64,000 bases of DNA from Geosiphon pyriformis uo1 (Eukaryota; Fungi; Glomeromycota), in the NCBI GenBank assembly GCA_016748015.1, contig JAAOMT010000571.1, positions 623,095 to 687,094 on the forward strand. The letters run 5' to 3'. The position numbers and the translations under genes were made by a program. Shown here one piece after another: positions 38,201 through 51,636 of the stretch; position 1 is the first letter of the stretch; each line of letters opens with the position of its first letter. The notes beneath the pieces are model-generated. The model was not told the origin of the DNA. It saw nothing but the letters and a program-made list of their open reading frames with translations, and did no database searches.

Positions 38201-40397
38201 TAAAACTCCAAATAAACCAAATTCATGTTGAATATTTAGAGATGGCAAAAAGATGAGTAAACGCCTTAAAAATTATCCCTCACCAATAGAGATCCTAAAT
38301 GCTTATGGAGCGGATGCATTACGGTATATCAAGCTTCTTTCCTCTAAAAAATTATACAATTGAGTGGCATTCTACTAAAAATCTTCTGTTCTTGATTAGG
38401 CTATATCTCATAAATTCCCCAGTAGTACGCGCTGAGCCTTTGAAATTCAAGGAGGAAGGGGTCAAAGAAGTTGTATCAAAGGTTTTCCTTCCATGGTATA
38501 ACGCTTATCGGTTCTTTATTTCACAAGTAGTCTTACTGAAAAAGGTTAGAATACATAAATCAATTATGTATTCATTCCATATTTTTATTATATTCTTTAA
38601 CTTAATCCCTTCATATATACAGGAGACTGCGTTAGATTTCAAATATAATCCAAGCGTTAAAAAATCTTTCAATGTTATGGACCGGTGGATCTTGGCATCT
38701 TCCCAAAGTCTCATTAGGTTTGTACGCGAAGAAATGGCTGGTATGTGAATGAATCTATACTCTATTTACAATTGTGACAGCTGCAAGTGATAATCATTTT
38801 TGTGACTTGAAAAACATCGACTCCTAATTCTGATTTTATTTTGCTGCTTTCTGATGATATTAGCTTATCGCTTGTATACCGTTGTTCCACGGTTGTTGAG
38901 GCTTATTGACGAATTAACCAACTGGTATGTGCGATTCAATCGCAAAAGATTAAAGGGCGAAAATGGTTCTGAAGACACAATTGATGCACTTAATACGCTT
39001 TTTGAGGTCTTGTTCACCTTATGTCGTTGCATGGTTGGTATTTTGTCGTGATATTTTTATTCATTTCTAAGTTTGTATAAGCTTTCAATCATCTCAAAAA
39101 AAATATTTTTAGGCTTCTTTTACGCCCTTCCTTACCGAAAACATTTACCAAAATCTAAAAGAATTCATACCTCCCAAAGGTTCTAAAGACTCCAAAGAAG
39201 ATTTGCGTTCTGTGCACTTTTTACCATTCCCAGATGTGCGTGAAGAATATTTCGATCCTGATATTGAGCGTCGTGTTTCACGTATGAAAACAGTAATTGA
39301 ATTAGGACGTTTTGTGCGTGAAAAAAAAAACATTGGTTTAAAGGTTGGTTGGATTTTTGTTTATATTGAATTTTTCACATTACAAAATCAGCAGACTCGA
39401 GCTATCTAGAACAAGTGATCAAATCCATAAATTTATAGACACCATTAGAAGAACTAGTAGTTATACATTCGGACGCCCAGTATCATTCTGATGTTCAATC
39501 CTTAAAGAAATATATCGTTGAGGTAATCCTTTGAATTTGATCTGAATTATTGGGGTATCTAATCCTCGCTTACGAATATATATAATTATATGACCAACAG
39601 GAATTAAACATTAGAAATCTCGTAGTAACCTCTGAAGAAGAGAAATATAACATAAAGTATAAGGCTGAGGCCGACTGGAAGAAATTAGGACAAAAACTCA
39701 GGAAAGATTTGGTCAAAGTACAAAAAGCTCTACCCAAGCTAACCTCGGATCAGGTTAAAGAGTTTTTGCGTGACAAAGAGATATTGATCGAAGGGATCAA
39801 AGTGTTGGACCAAGATTTACAGGTGATAAGATATTTTGACTCAAGTGACACAAATTACGAGGCGAATACGGATAAAGATGTTTTCATCCTTTTGGATGTG
39901 AAAGAATATCCGGAATTGAAAGACGAAGGATTGGCAAGAGAAATTGTGAATCGTATACAGCGGTTACGAAAGAAGGTTCGTCCGTGAATTTTTCAGTTCC
40001 ATTATTTTCAGTGTTTGAATCAAGCTGACATTTTTCGGTTCTATAATTTGTGCACATAGGCTGGCCTACAACCAACTGATCCGGTTATAACATATTATCG
40101 AATAACCAAAGATCCTGCAAATCAGCTTGAACGTGTGCTGCTTACACCTGCGGCCGACATTATTTTGAAAACTTTAAAGCGACCTCTAGTCCCACATACC
40201 GAAAAAGCAAAAAATGAAGCCACTAATGGGGGAAAATTGGAAGAAATTATTATCGAGGATGAGCAGGAGGTAAGAAATTGGTTTTATGTTGATATTAGCT
40301 TCATAAAGACTATTTATTAATATCGATTACATTTATTCATTGAAAATTTCAGGTCAATGATTCCACTTTTATCCTCACCCTGGTAAAAAATTGGTGA
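35218..40397 (+). CDS. ILS1: Cytosolic isoleucyl-tRNA synthetase, 20 exons, about 1095 aa. Exons: 35218-35236, 35294-35499, 35927-36040, 36110-36416, 36496-36782, 36857-37072, 37171-37262, 37338-37436, 37517-37643, 37721-37887, 37971-38162, 38240-38323, 38400-38544, 38623-38740, 38864-39033, 39113-39343, 39439-39522, 39601-39975, 40060-40269, 40353-40397
   Basis: Motifs [14 protein letters not shown] (HIGH), [53 protein letters not shown]. All 19 introns are GT-AG. The spliced length of 3288 nt stays in frame. Exon 1 is the least certain. Confidence 0.97.
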
Positions 40398-43300
40398 TAA
40401 CCAATCAACTGAAATTATTTTTGAAATTGAAGATGGGTCCATCACAATCAATATGAATTTTTCAAAATTCTTTTGTATAAGTTATTATTTATTCACTGGA
40501 AATACGTAAACAATCATTTTTCGGAGTATTTCAATTTGAAATTGTGTAAAAGAACTTGCTTAGTGACTATTCAATAATAAATTCTCATGACTGATTTCTT
40601 GAAGTGATCAAAATCTCGATATCAGATGCGAACGAACTCGAAATAACAATTTAGAAGTTATAAAACATTTTAACATAGTTTAACAACAAATAAGCATAAA
40701 ATATTGTTTGTTATAATTATAAAAACAGGTAATTAAAATTTGAACCAAAAATTAACATAATTTTTATTATTAATTTGGCATTATTTTACATCTTATATTA
40801 ATTACCCAATTATTAGTTATTTAATTTGTGCACATTATTTTTTTATTAATAATTTGGTTTATAAAAATTTACAATTGTAACAAATTTATTTATACTTTTT
40901 ACAATACATAATTAATTATTTAAATTTAAATTAATAAATAGATTTTAAACAGATGAATTAACAATTAAAAGTTTTTGTATTAATTATTAAAGTTCAGAAA
41001 TTACAAATTTATTTTTGGTATCAGTTTTTTTTATTGTTTTTGTTTCTAATTAGCTTAGTAGAAGTTTAATAGTAGTAATAATAAACATGATAATAATAAA
41101 ATTAATAATTTTGAACTAAATTCATCAAAAAAAAATTGTATTTTTTAAAAATGTTTTAATATTTGTGGTTTTTTTAAAAAATATATTAAAGTTTTTTGGC
41201 TTAAATAATAATATAGTTTTTAATAAATTTGTATTATATTATCTGAAATCTAATAATAAAAAAGCTCTAATAAAGTTATAGTTTGAGGTTTTTTCACAAA
41301 AATACTACAACTTTTTTTGAAATTATTGTTTAAAATTTGTAATTAAAATTTGAATTTAATGTTTTTAATAGTTAATAAAAAGTTTTTTTAATGTATTTTT
41401 TAATTAATTTTCAAAAAATATTAACTTATGTAAAAAAATCTTGTTTAACTAATTTGAATTTTTTTAATAAGTAGTTAATTTATTTGTAAATATAAAATAA
41501 ATATTAATTTAGTTAATATACAATTATATAATAAGTTTAAATTTTCTTAAAAATATTTGTAAAAAAACTTAAACAAATAAGAAATAATTTGTTTTATTAT
41601 ATTTTAATTTTATTATTTTTATAAAATTTAAAAGTTTTTATTATATTTAAAAAAATTAATAATTTTTTTAAGTAATTTATTTGTGTAAAGTTTTTTATAA
41701 AAAATAAAAAATATTAAAATTTTTAGAATATTAATATTAATAATATTATTATTATTTAATATTTTTATTTAAATTATTGTATTTATTTTTGATTGTATTT
41801 AGTTTAATTTACACTATTTAATTACAATTAATAGAATTTGGTATTGTTTTTTTATATTTTTAATAAGTTATAATTTATTATAAAATTAACTTTTAAAAAA
41901 TATTTTTTTTTTACCAAATTATTATAATATCGAATTATTTTATTAAAACAATTAAATTACCAAATTGTTTTTGTATTATTTCTAGTTATTTTTAAATTAT
42001 TTACAAAATCTTAAAAAAAAACATAAGAAAAAACCAAAAAATTAAAATTTTATTAATTATTATCAAAAACAATTGGTCTTAATTATTAAAATTTCAATAG
42101 TATTAATTAAAAAAAATAAGTAAAATTTTAATAACAATAATAAACAATTTAATATTTTGATTAAAAATTTTTATTTTTATTTTAAATTGTCTTTTTTAAG
42201 CTAAAATTATTTAAATATATATATTTTTGTTTTATAAAATAATTTTTAAAAGTTTATTATTTTTATATTATTTTACTATTATTAATTATAATTTATTATT
42301 TTATAATTATTAACTATTTAGTATTATTGTTAATTATTATTGATTTTTTATGTTATTATATATTATTTTATATTATTTTATAATTATTTTATGTTATTAT
42401 ATATTATTATATATTGATTATATAGTTTTTTGTAATTAAATTAATTTTTTATTTAGATAATAATAATTTTATTAATTAAAAAAATTCATTATTTTATTTA
42501 TAAAAATGCTTAAAACTATTAATATTTTATGTTTTTAAATTAGAAAACCATTTTAAACAATTGCAAAAATAGTCTTAAAAAATATTTTAACAATAATAAA
42601 TAGTTTTTAAAATTAGTTTTTAAAAAATATTATATACAAATAATAAAGATAGAAAAAAATCTACTTAATAATTTTAACAAAAAACTTTTAACAATAATAA
42701 TATTAAATAATTAATATTATTAGATATTTTTCTATTTTTTTTTAATGTTATTAATGTCATTTTGTTATTAATTCTGTTGTTAATAAAAATTAATAAATTT
42801 TTAATAAGCTAATTTTTTTTTCAAAGTATTTCTTTATATTTTGAATTATATATATTAGACTTTAATTAAATAACCAATTTTATATTAATTACTTATATAA
42901 ATACTTTGCAGTAAAAATCAATTCTTTTACAAAAAAATTTTGCTTATAAGCTTTCTAATTAATATATAGTTACTTTACAATAAAAGTCAACTTTTTTACA
43001 AAAAAATTTGACTATAGACTACTTAATATTACAGATAAACTTGGTAAAATATTGTAATAATATTTGATGATTTAAATTTAAATAAAAAAGCTGAGATTTT
43101 TTTTAAATATCCAATAAGTATATTAGAATTATCAGTTTTAAAAGTTTTTGCTATATGTAAATTTTATTTATGAAGTTTTTTAATTATAAGATACAGAAAT
43201 ATGTTTTGGCAGTTTGTAATTGTAAATGTAAACTATTTTTTTTAAGCTAATTAAATATAGTTGTTAGGATTTAGTATTGCTTTTTTATTTTTCTGATAAG

Positions 43301-46300
43301 CTAATAAAATAAAATTAATATCCAAATCTAAGAAAAACTTCTCTTTTTTACCAGGTTATTATGAAATTTATTCTTAAATAATCAATTTTAATATTGTTAT
43401 TTCACAAAAAAAAAAAAAAAAAAACAAGAAAAAAAACAAGAAAAAATAAAAATAAAATAAAAAGAAAAAAGAAATTAGTATTGTTAATTGTTATAATCAA
43501 AAGCAATTAGTTTAAGTTATTAAAATTTTAAGACTGTTTATATTAATAGCATCTGGCTTGAAACAAAAATAAAAGAAATAATTAATTCAATTTTAATAAC
43601 ATAAATTTGAAAATCATGTATAAGTAAATTAAATAATATTTTATTTAATAGTTAATAAATTAATATAGAAAAAATAAAATAAAAAAGTTTTTCAAGTTTT
43701 TAAATAAGATTTTTAAAAAAAATTGGTTCTTGTCTTCTGTTTTCTCTTTCTATCTGCTAAAACTACTTGTTTTTATACACATTTTTTAGTTTTACAAGAT
43801 TGTTTTTAATTGTTTATTATTACTAGTTATTGCTTATTATTTTTATTATTGTTTTATTTTTTATGCTATAATTAATTATCATATATTATAATTAATTATT
43901 TTGTATTATTTTATGTTATTGTAAGTTATTTTATATTATCTTAAATTATTATGTGTTATTCTTTATTATTTTGTATTATTACGTTTTTTTATGTTATTAT
44001 ATGTTAATTACGTTTTTTCAATAGCTTTAAATTGGTTTTTTTACTTGAATAATATTATTTCTCTCTTTTAGAATTAAGCTTTTACAAAATTATATGTATA
44101 TACAAAAATTGTTCTTTTAATATAATATTCAATTGTTATGTTAAATATTGTTTTTTATAAGTTTTTAAATTGTGAATTTGTTATTTGTTTTATGTTATTA
44201 ACTGTAATAGTCTTTAGTAAATTGTCTAATAGTATAATTGAACAATATTTAAATGCTAAATACAATTAATATGTTGTTTTATAATGTAATATTAAGTTGT
44301 TTTTCTTAATAAATTCTTTTATTTGTTTGAAAGCTTTTTTGTTGAATATTTGTTTGTTAATATCTCTATAAATTTGGTTTTTTATCAATTTTAAAGAACC
44401 AATAGACTAATAAAAGTTTTTTTCCAAGCTTTAAAGATTTTTTGGTGTCTATTTTTTTATGTTTAATTCTATAGCTAACTTATTTTCTTGAGCATATAAG
44501 ACCAAATATCTTTTTTTCTCTTAATTATTTGTAAAAATAGAAATATTTAGTTTTAGTTAAATTCTTGTTTATTTTTTTCTTGCTTATATTTCTGTAACAT
44601 ATTTTTTTTTATCAATTGTAATTTCTATTAGTATTGTAAATTATTGAATTGTTTCAAATAATTGTTGTAAAATTTTCAAAATTTTGTTTAAAAGATTCAT
44701 ATTAAAAATGTTATTAATTTTTTTTTTATTTCTAGTTAAAATATAAATAATAATAATTCTTGTGTTAAGTAATAAATTTTTAGATGATTTTTATGTGCAG
44801 TTTTTTTTTAAATTTTGTCTTTCAATTGTAATTTATAAGTTTTATTGCTTAAAACTTTATATATGTAAAATAGTCTATTTTACTTTAGATTAAACTTTTT
44901 ACTCTATTGTTTTTTAGTTTTAGTATAATATAATAATACTTAATTTCTAATCTTGAATTTAACTAATTAGTTTAGTAAACAATTATTATGTCTTTTTTTT
45001 TGTTATTTTTGAGTATTATTAATATTATTAACTGTTGTTTTACAATTGTTTTTTAATATTTTCATAAGCTAGTATGTTTTTTAATACAAAATAATTTCAA
45101 AATTTTCTTCAATAATTGTTTTTGTTAAGAAGAAACATATTTTTTATTTAATAAATAATATGGTTTTTTTTTTATAGATTAGTTTAAATAGTATAAATTG
45201 AGTAGTATTTTGCTTTAATGTTTAGTATATAAATAATACTAAGAATATAAATAAGTTCTATTTTTACATATTTTTATAATTTATTTTTGCTAATGCTTTG
45301 TATAATGTTTAGTTAAATTATTTTACCAATTTATTTGTTTGAAAATAATATAATAATAATAATTATTATTTTATTCCAAATTATTGGTTCAATTTGATAA
45401 ATATTATTAATAAAATGAGTTTTTTGGTTAAATAATAATTTTTTTGGGCATTCATATTAGCAAATCAAATTTTAATATACAAATTTAACTACTGTTTTGG
45501 TGTCTAATATTTAAATAGTTCTAGTTTTAAGTCATTTAATAAAATAGTCTACAGCTATAACAATATAGCAATTTTTTTTGAAGATAATTAAGAAAAATCT
45601 AACTAAATCAATCTCAATTTTATTAAATAAATTTTTAACTAAAATAGATTAAAATAGTTTTTTTATTTTGGCTCCTTTTTTTTTTGGCAGAAATTATAAT
45701 TAAGAACATATTTGAAAATATTTTTATATATTGTTGGCCAATAATATAAATTATTTGTTTTTTTTAAGATAATATTTTTATTAAAGTATTCTACTATTAA
45801 ATTAAAATACATGTTAAACAAAACAATTTTTTTATTATTATTTTTTATAACTTATTGTGATATAGTATAATTTCAGTGTTCTTAACAATATAATTAGTTA
45901 TTATACAAAAGATAGTTTTAAGCTTGTTTTTGTATAGTACTTTGTTTTTGTTAAGATAATTTTTCTTTAAACTAAAGTGTTAACAGATATTGGTATAATT
46001 ATTAGTAAATAGTTGTATTTATTAGTCCAAGATTAGATTTGAGTTATTTTTAACAAACTATTAATATTGGTATTTTTAACTTCTTTTTTATAATGTACTT
46101 TGTATAAAAATTGCTATAAGTAAATACTTTATTTTACATACTTTTTTTTAAACTGTGGTTTGCTAAATAACTAAATAAGTTTTTTGTAATTAGTATAAAG
46201 AATCAATAATTAGCAAAGATAATATTTTTAGTTTTATACAGCTTAATAAATGGCAAAATATTTTAAATTAATAGTACTATATATTTTTTTAGCAGTATTA

Positions 46301-46461
46301 ATGCTGTGATTGGCATAAATAATTAAATATTCTTAATTATTAAATTTAATTTGTAATAAAATAGCTCTTAATGTGTTTTTTGAGATATTTGTAACTATAA
46401 TAAAACATTTATTAAAGTTTAGATAAATTAAAATTGGTGTTGTTATGAGTAATTTTTTCTC

Positions 46462-47736
46462 TGTAATTATACTATAATTAATTTTTATGGCTTTTTAGAT
46501 CAAGTAATAATATAAAAAATTATCTAATTTTAATGTAAAGATAAATATATCAGTCTTGATTAATATTGATTTTGATTTATATTAGATTTTTATTTAATAA
46601 AGTATTACTATTTTTTTTATTTAATGATCTGAAAGTTAACTTAGTAAGTTTTTCTTAACTTCTTAGCAAATATTAGATAATTTCTTTTGGTAAATGTTTT
46701 TGTTATTGGATTTAGTATGTAGCATAATATTTTTGTTAAAATTACTGTTAATAGTTACTGCTATGTTAGTTCTTCAAGAAAAATTTCTGTTATATCTTTA
46801 TACTTCTAATTGTGTCTTTTCTTAAGACTTCTGTAAAAATACTTTTTTTATTTCATACTAATACCAAATGTCTGTATTTTTTTGTTTATAGTAAAGTAAT
46901 GCTCTATTTCTAATAAATTCAAAAAGAATTAAAAATAAAAGTAGAATTTTACAAAATTAGTATTCATAAAATAATCTTATTTAGAGATTATTTTTCGAAA
47001 ATATAAAGAGCTTGTTTTGAATTTTTAAGTCAACTGTTAAATTTGGCCAAAATATTATTATAAGTAGTTTTTAGGTAATTTTATGTAGTTCATATTTTTT
47101 TAATGTGTTTTTAATATTGTTAAGCTTAAATCTTATTCATGTTCTTATTAATATATTGGATCTTTTTATTATTGTTTTCATTAATAAAAAGATAATAATA
47201 AAAAGAAGTAATGGCTCTTTGAGTTATTTGTAAAAGACCAAATTATAAAAAAAAAAGATCTCTAATTCTATTAATCTTAATATTAGCGAATATTATAATA
47301 CAAAACTTAAAGAACATACTTTTTAGCTTTTCTTGAAAATATTAATCTAATTTCTTCATCTTTTTTTCATTTTTATTTCATTTAATTGACTTTTTTTTGT
47401 TTTTTATTATTCTCTTTTTCTGTTTGTTTTTTTTAATTAGAAAGCTATTATATATATATATATTTTAAGTTATATATAATTGTGTTTATTTTAACAAATT
47501 AATAAGTAATTACTAAACTATTAAACTTTCTATTTAATTGTAAATATCTTTTAGTTTACTTGCTTATGATTACATTAAATTAGATACATTTGTGTATGTT
47601 TTGCATGTTATTATATATATGTCATGTTTTTTAATTTTATTTATTAATCTGTATTATTTATATTATTATTTAATAATTAGTTAATATATTATAATATTAT
47701 TATTATTTTGATTTTTGTTAATTCTATTAGATAATA
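46462..47736 (-). mobile_element. Solo LTR, family D
   Basis: About 1.27 kb direct repeat of 60830-62083; interrupts the pol relic between RT and RNase H. Confidence 0.75.
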
Positions 47737-48259
47737 GTGTTTTTATAAATCATTATTTAAGATAATTAAAAGTTTTTTACTGGCTAATTTTATATATATA
47801 CAGAGCATATTTTGATAATAAATAATAAAAAAATTTTGACAATATCTAAAAAGTTTTTAACAAATTAGCAATAATATTTGGCCAGTTTTAAAAATTTTTT
47901 TAGTTCTTAAAGATTGGTAAGAGCAAAAAATTCTTTTGAATTTTATTAGAGTCTGGTTTTATTTTATCTTTGCCAATCATGTGTTTTAAGAATTTTAGTT
48001 CAGTTTTTTTAAAGAAATATTTATTAAAATTAAGTTTTAGTCTAGAATTCTAAAGATAATTAAAAACTTGTTAAAAATAAAGCAAATAATTATCAAAAGT
48101 TTCAAAAAATACATTGGTATTATTTAAGTATACTATAATTGATTTTTAAAACTTTTTTTTATACATAATATTTATAAAATATTAAAAAATAACTGGAATA
48201 TTACAGAGTTTAAAAAATATTATATTGAATTTAAAATTTTTATCTCAGATAATAAATGC

Positions 48260-49064
48260 TATTATTGAATAATTTTTTTGGTTATTTAATTGCTAATATC
48301 TTATTTTAATTGTAATTAGTTTTTTATAAGTTTCTTAATTCTATTTGTGTAATAATATTAATATTTATACTAAAGACTTTTTTTTAATATCATGTTATAG
48401 ATTATTTCTTATTTTTTTAATTGTTGTATATGTATTTATATACTTCTTTTCAAAGACTGAATTAAAATTTATCTGCTGTTTAAAGTCTTTTTTGAGACTA
48501 TTTTTACAATAGTTTAATGTGTTTTTTTAATCTAAAAACATAAAATATTAATAGTCTTTAGTGCTTTTTCTAATTTTTATAATAAAACTTTTATTAATTA
48601 ATAATAATATAAATAATTTTGATCAAAAATTATTTTTTCAAAAAATTTAGCTAATAAATAATAGTTTTATTCAATAAATAATACAAGTAAGTTTCTTAAT
48701 ACTTTGAGTTATAATAATTTAGTTTTTAATATTTTTTTTTGTTTTTTTTTGATTAAAAATTTTTGTGAATATTTATTTTAAAAGTAAAGACTAGAAGATA
48801 ATTAAAGTAAAACTGTTGGATAAATTGTTTGATAACTTGTTGTTTTTTTTAATATTAAAGCTATTATATATATATATATTTGTAATTCTATAAAAAAATA
48901 CATTATAATTTTTTTTTAATATTTCAATCTAGTATTTGCTGTTATTACCAATTAATATTAGCCACTATTGCAAATTGGTGTTTATTACTATGTTAATTAT
49001 TATTTTTTTAAAATTATTACTGTGCTATATTATGATTTTTTTATTAAATACTTAAATTATAATA
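48260..49064 (-). mobile_element. Decayed solo LTR, family B
   Basis: Colinear with 3069-3884 and 219-1060; TSD ATGC at 48256-48259 and 49065-49068; splits an RT relic. Confidence 0.75.
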
Positions 49065-50061
49065 ATGCTATTTTTCTTTTATCTAAGAGATTCATCTCGA
49101 CTTGTTTGACTAAATCTAAAAATAAAAACCATTTTTTATTTTTTAGATTATTCAAAATTTCTTGAATAAGAAGAGTTAAATAATTATTTTCTTAAATAAT
49201 ACTATTAAGTTTTTAATAATCTATGCAAAAATAAATTTTTTTTTTGGTAATCAATTAAGATTTTAATGTTCAGCCTAGTTTAGTTTAAATTCAATTAAAT
49301 TATTAAACCAAACCAAACTTGAATAGAAGATTTGGCAAAATTTTAAATTTGAACTTGAATCAGACTTAAAATTATTGAACTTGAATTAAATCTGAACATG
49401 TTTAGGTTTGATTATTAAAAACATTATATTATACTATATTATTATTTAATTTTTTTTTCAATAGTTTTTGTATTTATAATCAAATACATTGTGCTGTTTT
49501 TATAGTTTTAGGCATTAAACAAAACCTCATATTTGTAATCATATTTTTATCTGCAGAAAAAGTGTATTTAGAAGCAACAAATAATCTTTGGATTGCCAAA
49601 TAATTACAAGCCATATATGTAAAATAAAGAAATTATGTTTGATATGCCTAAATATCAAATTATTAATAAAATATTAATTTAAATAAATATTTTTTGTAAT
49701 ATATTTTTTATTATATTATTATATTTATTTTCCTATTGGCCATTTTTTTAGAAATATAATAATCAATTTTATTAAGTTCTTTTTTATTATCATTTAATAT
49801 TGGTATAATGTTTAATATATACTCTATTTTAAAGAGAATATACATTTTAAAAATTTATTTATCATGTAAAAGTTGAAAAATAAAACTGTTTAAATAATTA
49901 ATAACTTATAATTCTTTTGTTTTATTAATATTGTTATCTGAAAATTCTCTTTTTGTGAAATAATGAAATTTTTTTCTTGGATTTAATATAGTACAAAGCA
50001 TTATAGTTGTATTTGTTTTAGAATAATATTTAATTAACTTTCTTTTTACTGCCCTAACTGC

Positions 50062-50880
50062 TATTACAAATAATTATTTGGAATGTTAAAACAAATAACA
50101 AATCTATAATTTGGTGCTTAATAACTGAGAATGTTGGTAATTTCTGAAAGTTTTGGAGTTTAAAGATTTTGGTTGAGTCTTTTGTATAATAAACAGAAAT
50201 TTAATTAATAGTTTTTTTTGTGAATTTTTTTTTTAGCATAATAACTAGTTTATTTTAACAATTGTGCTTTTCTGATAAGCTATTTTTAAGTTTTCTACTC
50301 TTGTTCTTGGATCTTTTACCAGACTATTTTTGACATTAATTACTTAATGCTTAATCTTTTTAATCAATTAGCAAACAACAAAAAAAAATAAAATAAAAAA
50401 AATAAAAAAAAATAAAAAATTAGTATTCTATTAATAGTTATGATCAAGAGCTATTGGTCTAATGTAGTTAAGTATTGACTTTTATCAACATAAAGTGTTA
50501 ATAGTGTGAAATTAATTAATATTTTTTAATTAAGTAATAATAACATAAATTAAATAATAATAGATAAGTTTATTAATATCAGTATAATTCTATTTCAAGT
50601 TATAAAAAACTATCTTTTAAAAAAAAAAATATTGTTGTTCTGAACTAAATTGTTTGTCTTTTTTGTTTTTAATACTTTTGCTATATATAAATAATTTGTG
50701 TTATATAAGATTCTTTGAAATTCTTCAATTTTTTTGAAAAAATTCTGGAATTTTAGAATCTTGCAATTTTTTAAAAAAAATTCTAAAATTTTGGAATTCT
50801 GTAATTTTTTTTTTTACTATATTTATTTCTAATTGGCTATTTTATCTACTTATTGTAATTCTTAATTTTCATAAGTAATA
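50062..50880 (-). mobile_element. Solo LTR, family C-related
   Basis: Decayed termini TATTAC...GTAATA; perfect TSD CTGC (50058-50061, 50881-50884); repeat of 7112-7944. Confidence 0.85.
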
Positions 50881-51636
50881 CTGCTGCAATAAGTAATGAA
50901 TCTAATATTAAATGTATTAAATAAATAATTAAATAAATACAATTAAGATTATAATATTTTACCAGATTTATTATTATCAACTGTGTCATTGATGTAATTA
51001 AAAATGATATTAAAGAGAAAAATAATTAAGAAGGCAGTATTATTTGAACTGGCTAATATTTTAATTATAATATTCTTAAATAGGTTAAGAAATTTAGCAA
51101 TTTTATTAAAAACAGCTTACCAATTATATAAAATAGCATATTGATAGAGATTAATATGAGTGCTAGTAAAAGTGTTTAATGTTTATAAATTTACAGTTAG
51201 AATTTTTATATTTAAAATATATGGAATCAGAAATAAATAACTTGTTGATTTAAAAAATAATCTATTCCTAATCATATTATAAGTAAAATTCCACCAGATA
51301 AAATAAGTTTATGGTATTTAATTTAATATGTATTACAGACACATTTAAGAAGCTCAAAACATTTGAATAAGATATAAATTACAAAGTTAAGTTCTCTAAT
51401 TTTTAATTTATATAAAGTTTATATTAAAGAAATTTCAGATAAATATATTCAGTTTGAGTTTTTAATAAATATCTTAAAAACATCATTCTTTATTTTATTT
51501 TATTTTATTTTTTATTATGTTTAACAAGTGAGGTCCAAACATAACCTAAGACTATACATCATATAAATGATCTAAACTAAGAGCAAATCATGCTTTTTCT
51601 ACACATGACTAGCCATTCAGGCCGATCAAAACAACA

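Larger units (their letters stand above)
42760..49270 (-). mobile_element. Decayed Ty3/Gypsy relic (RT-RH-INT-ORF3-PPT-3' LTR) with two nested solo LTRs
   Basis: Minus-strand ghosts: FCIDY..LN / KWF..LDL (49080-49240), RT (47760-48250), TTPILIY..F (46400-46450), integrase (about 44850-46020), PPT-like tract at about 44058-44070, and an LTR whose 42860-43010 part matches the family A U5. Confidence 0.65.

Noticed and set aside
36173-40320. Multiple short ORFs called as separate genes
   Set aside because: They are exons of the single intron-rich IleRS gene or antisense shadows of it.
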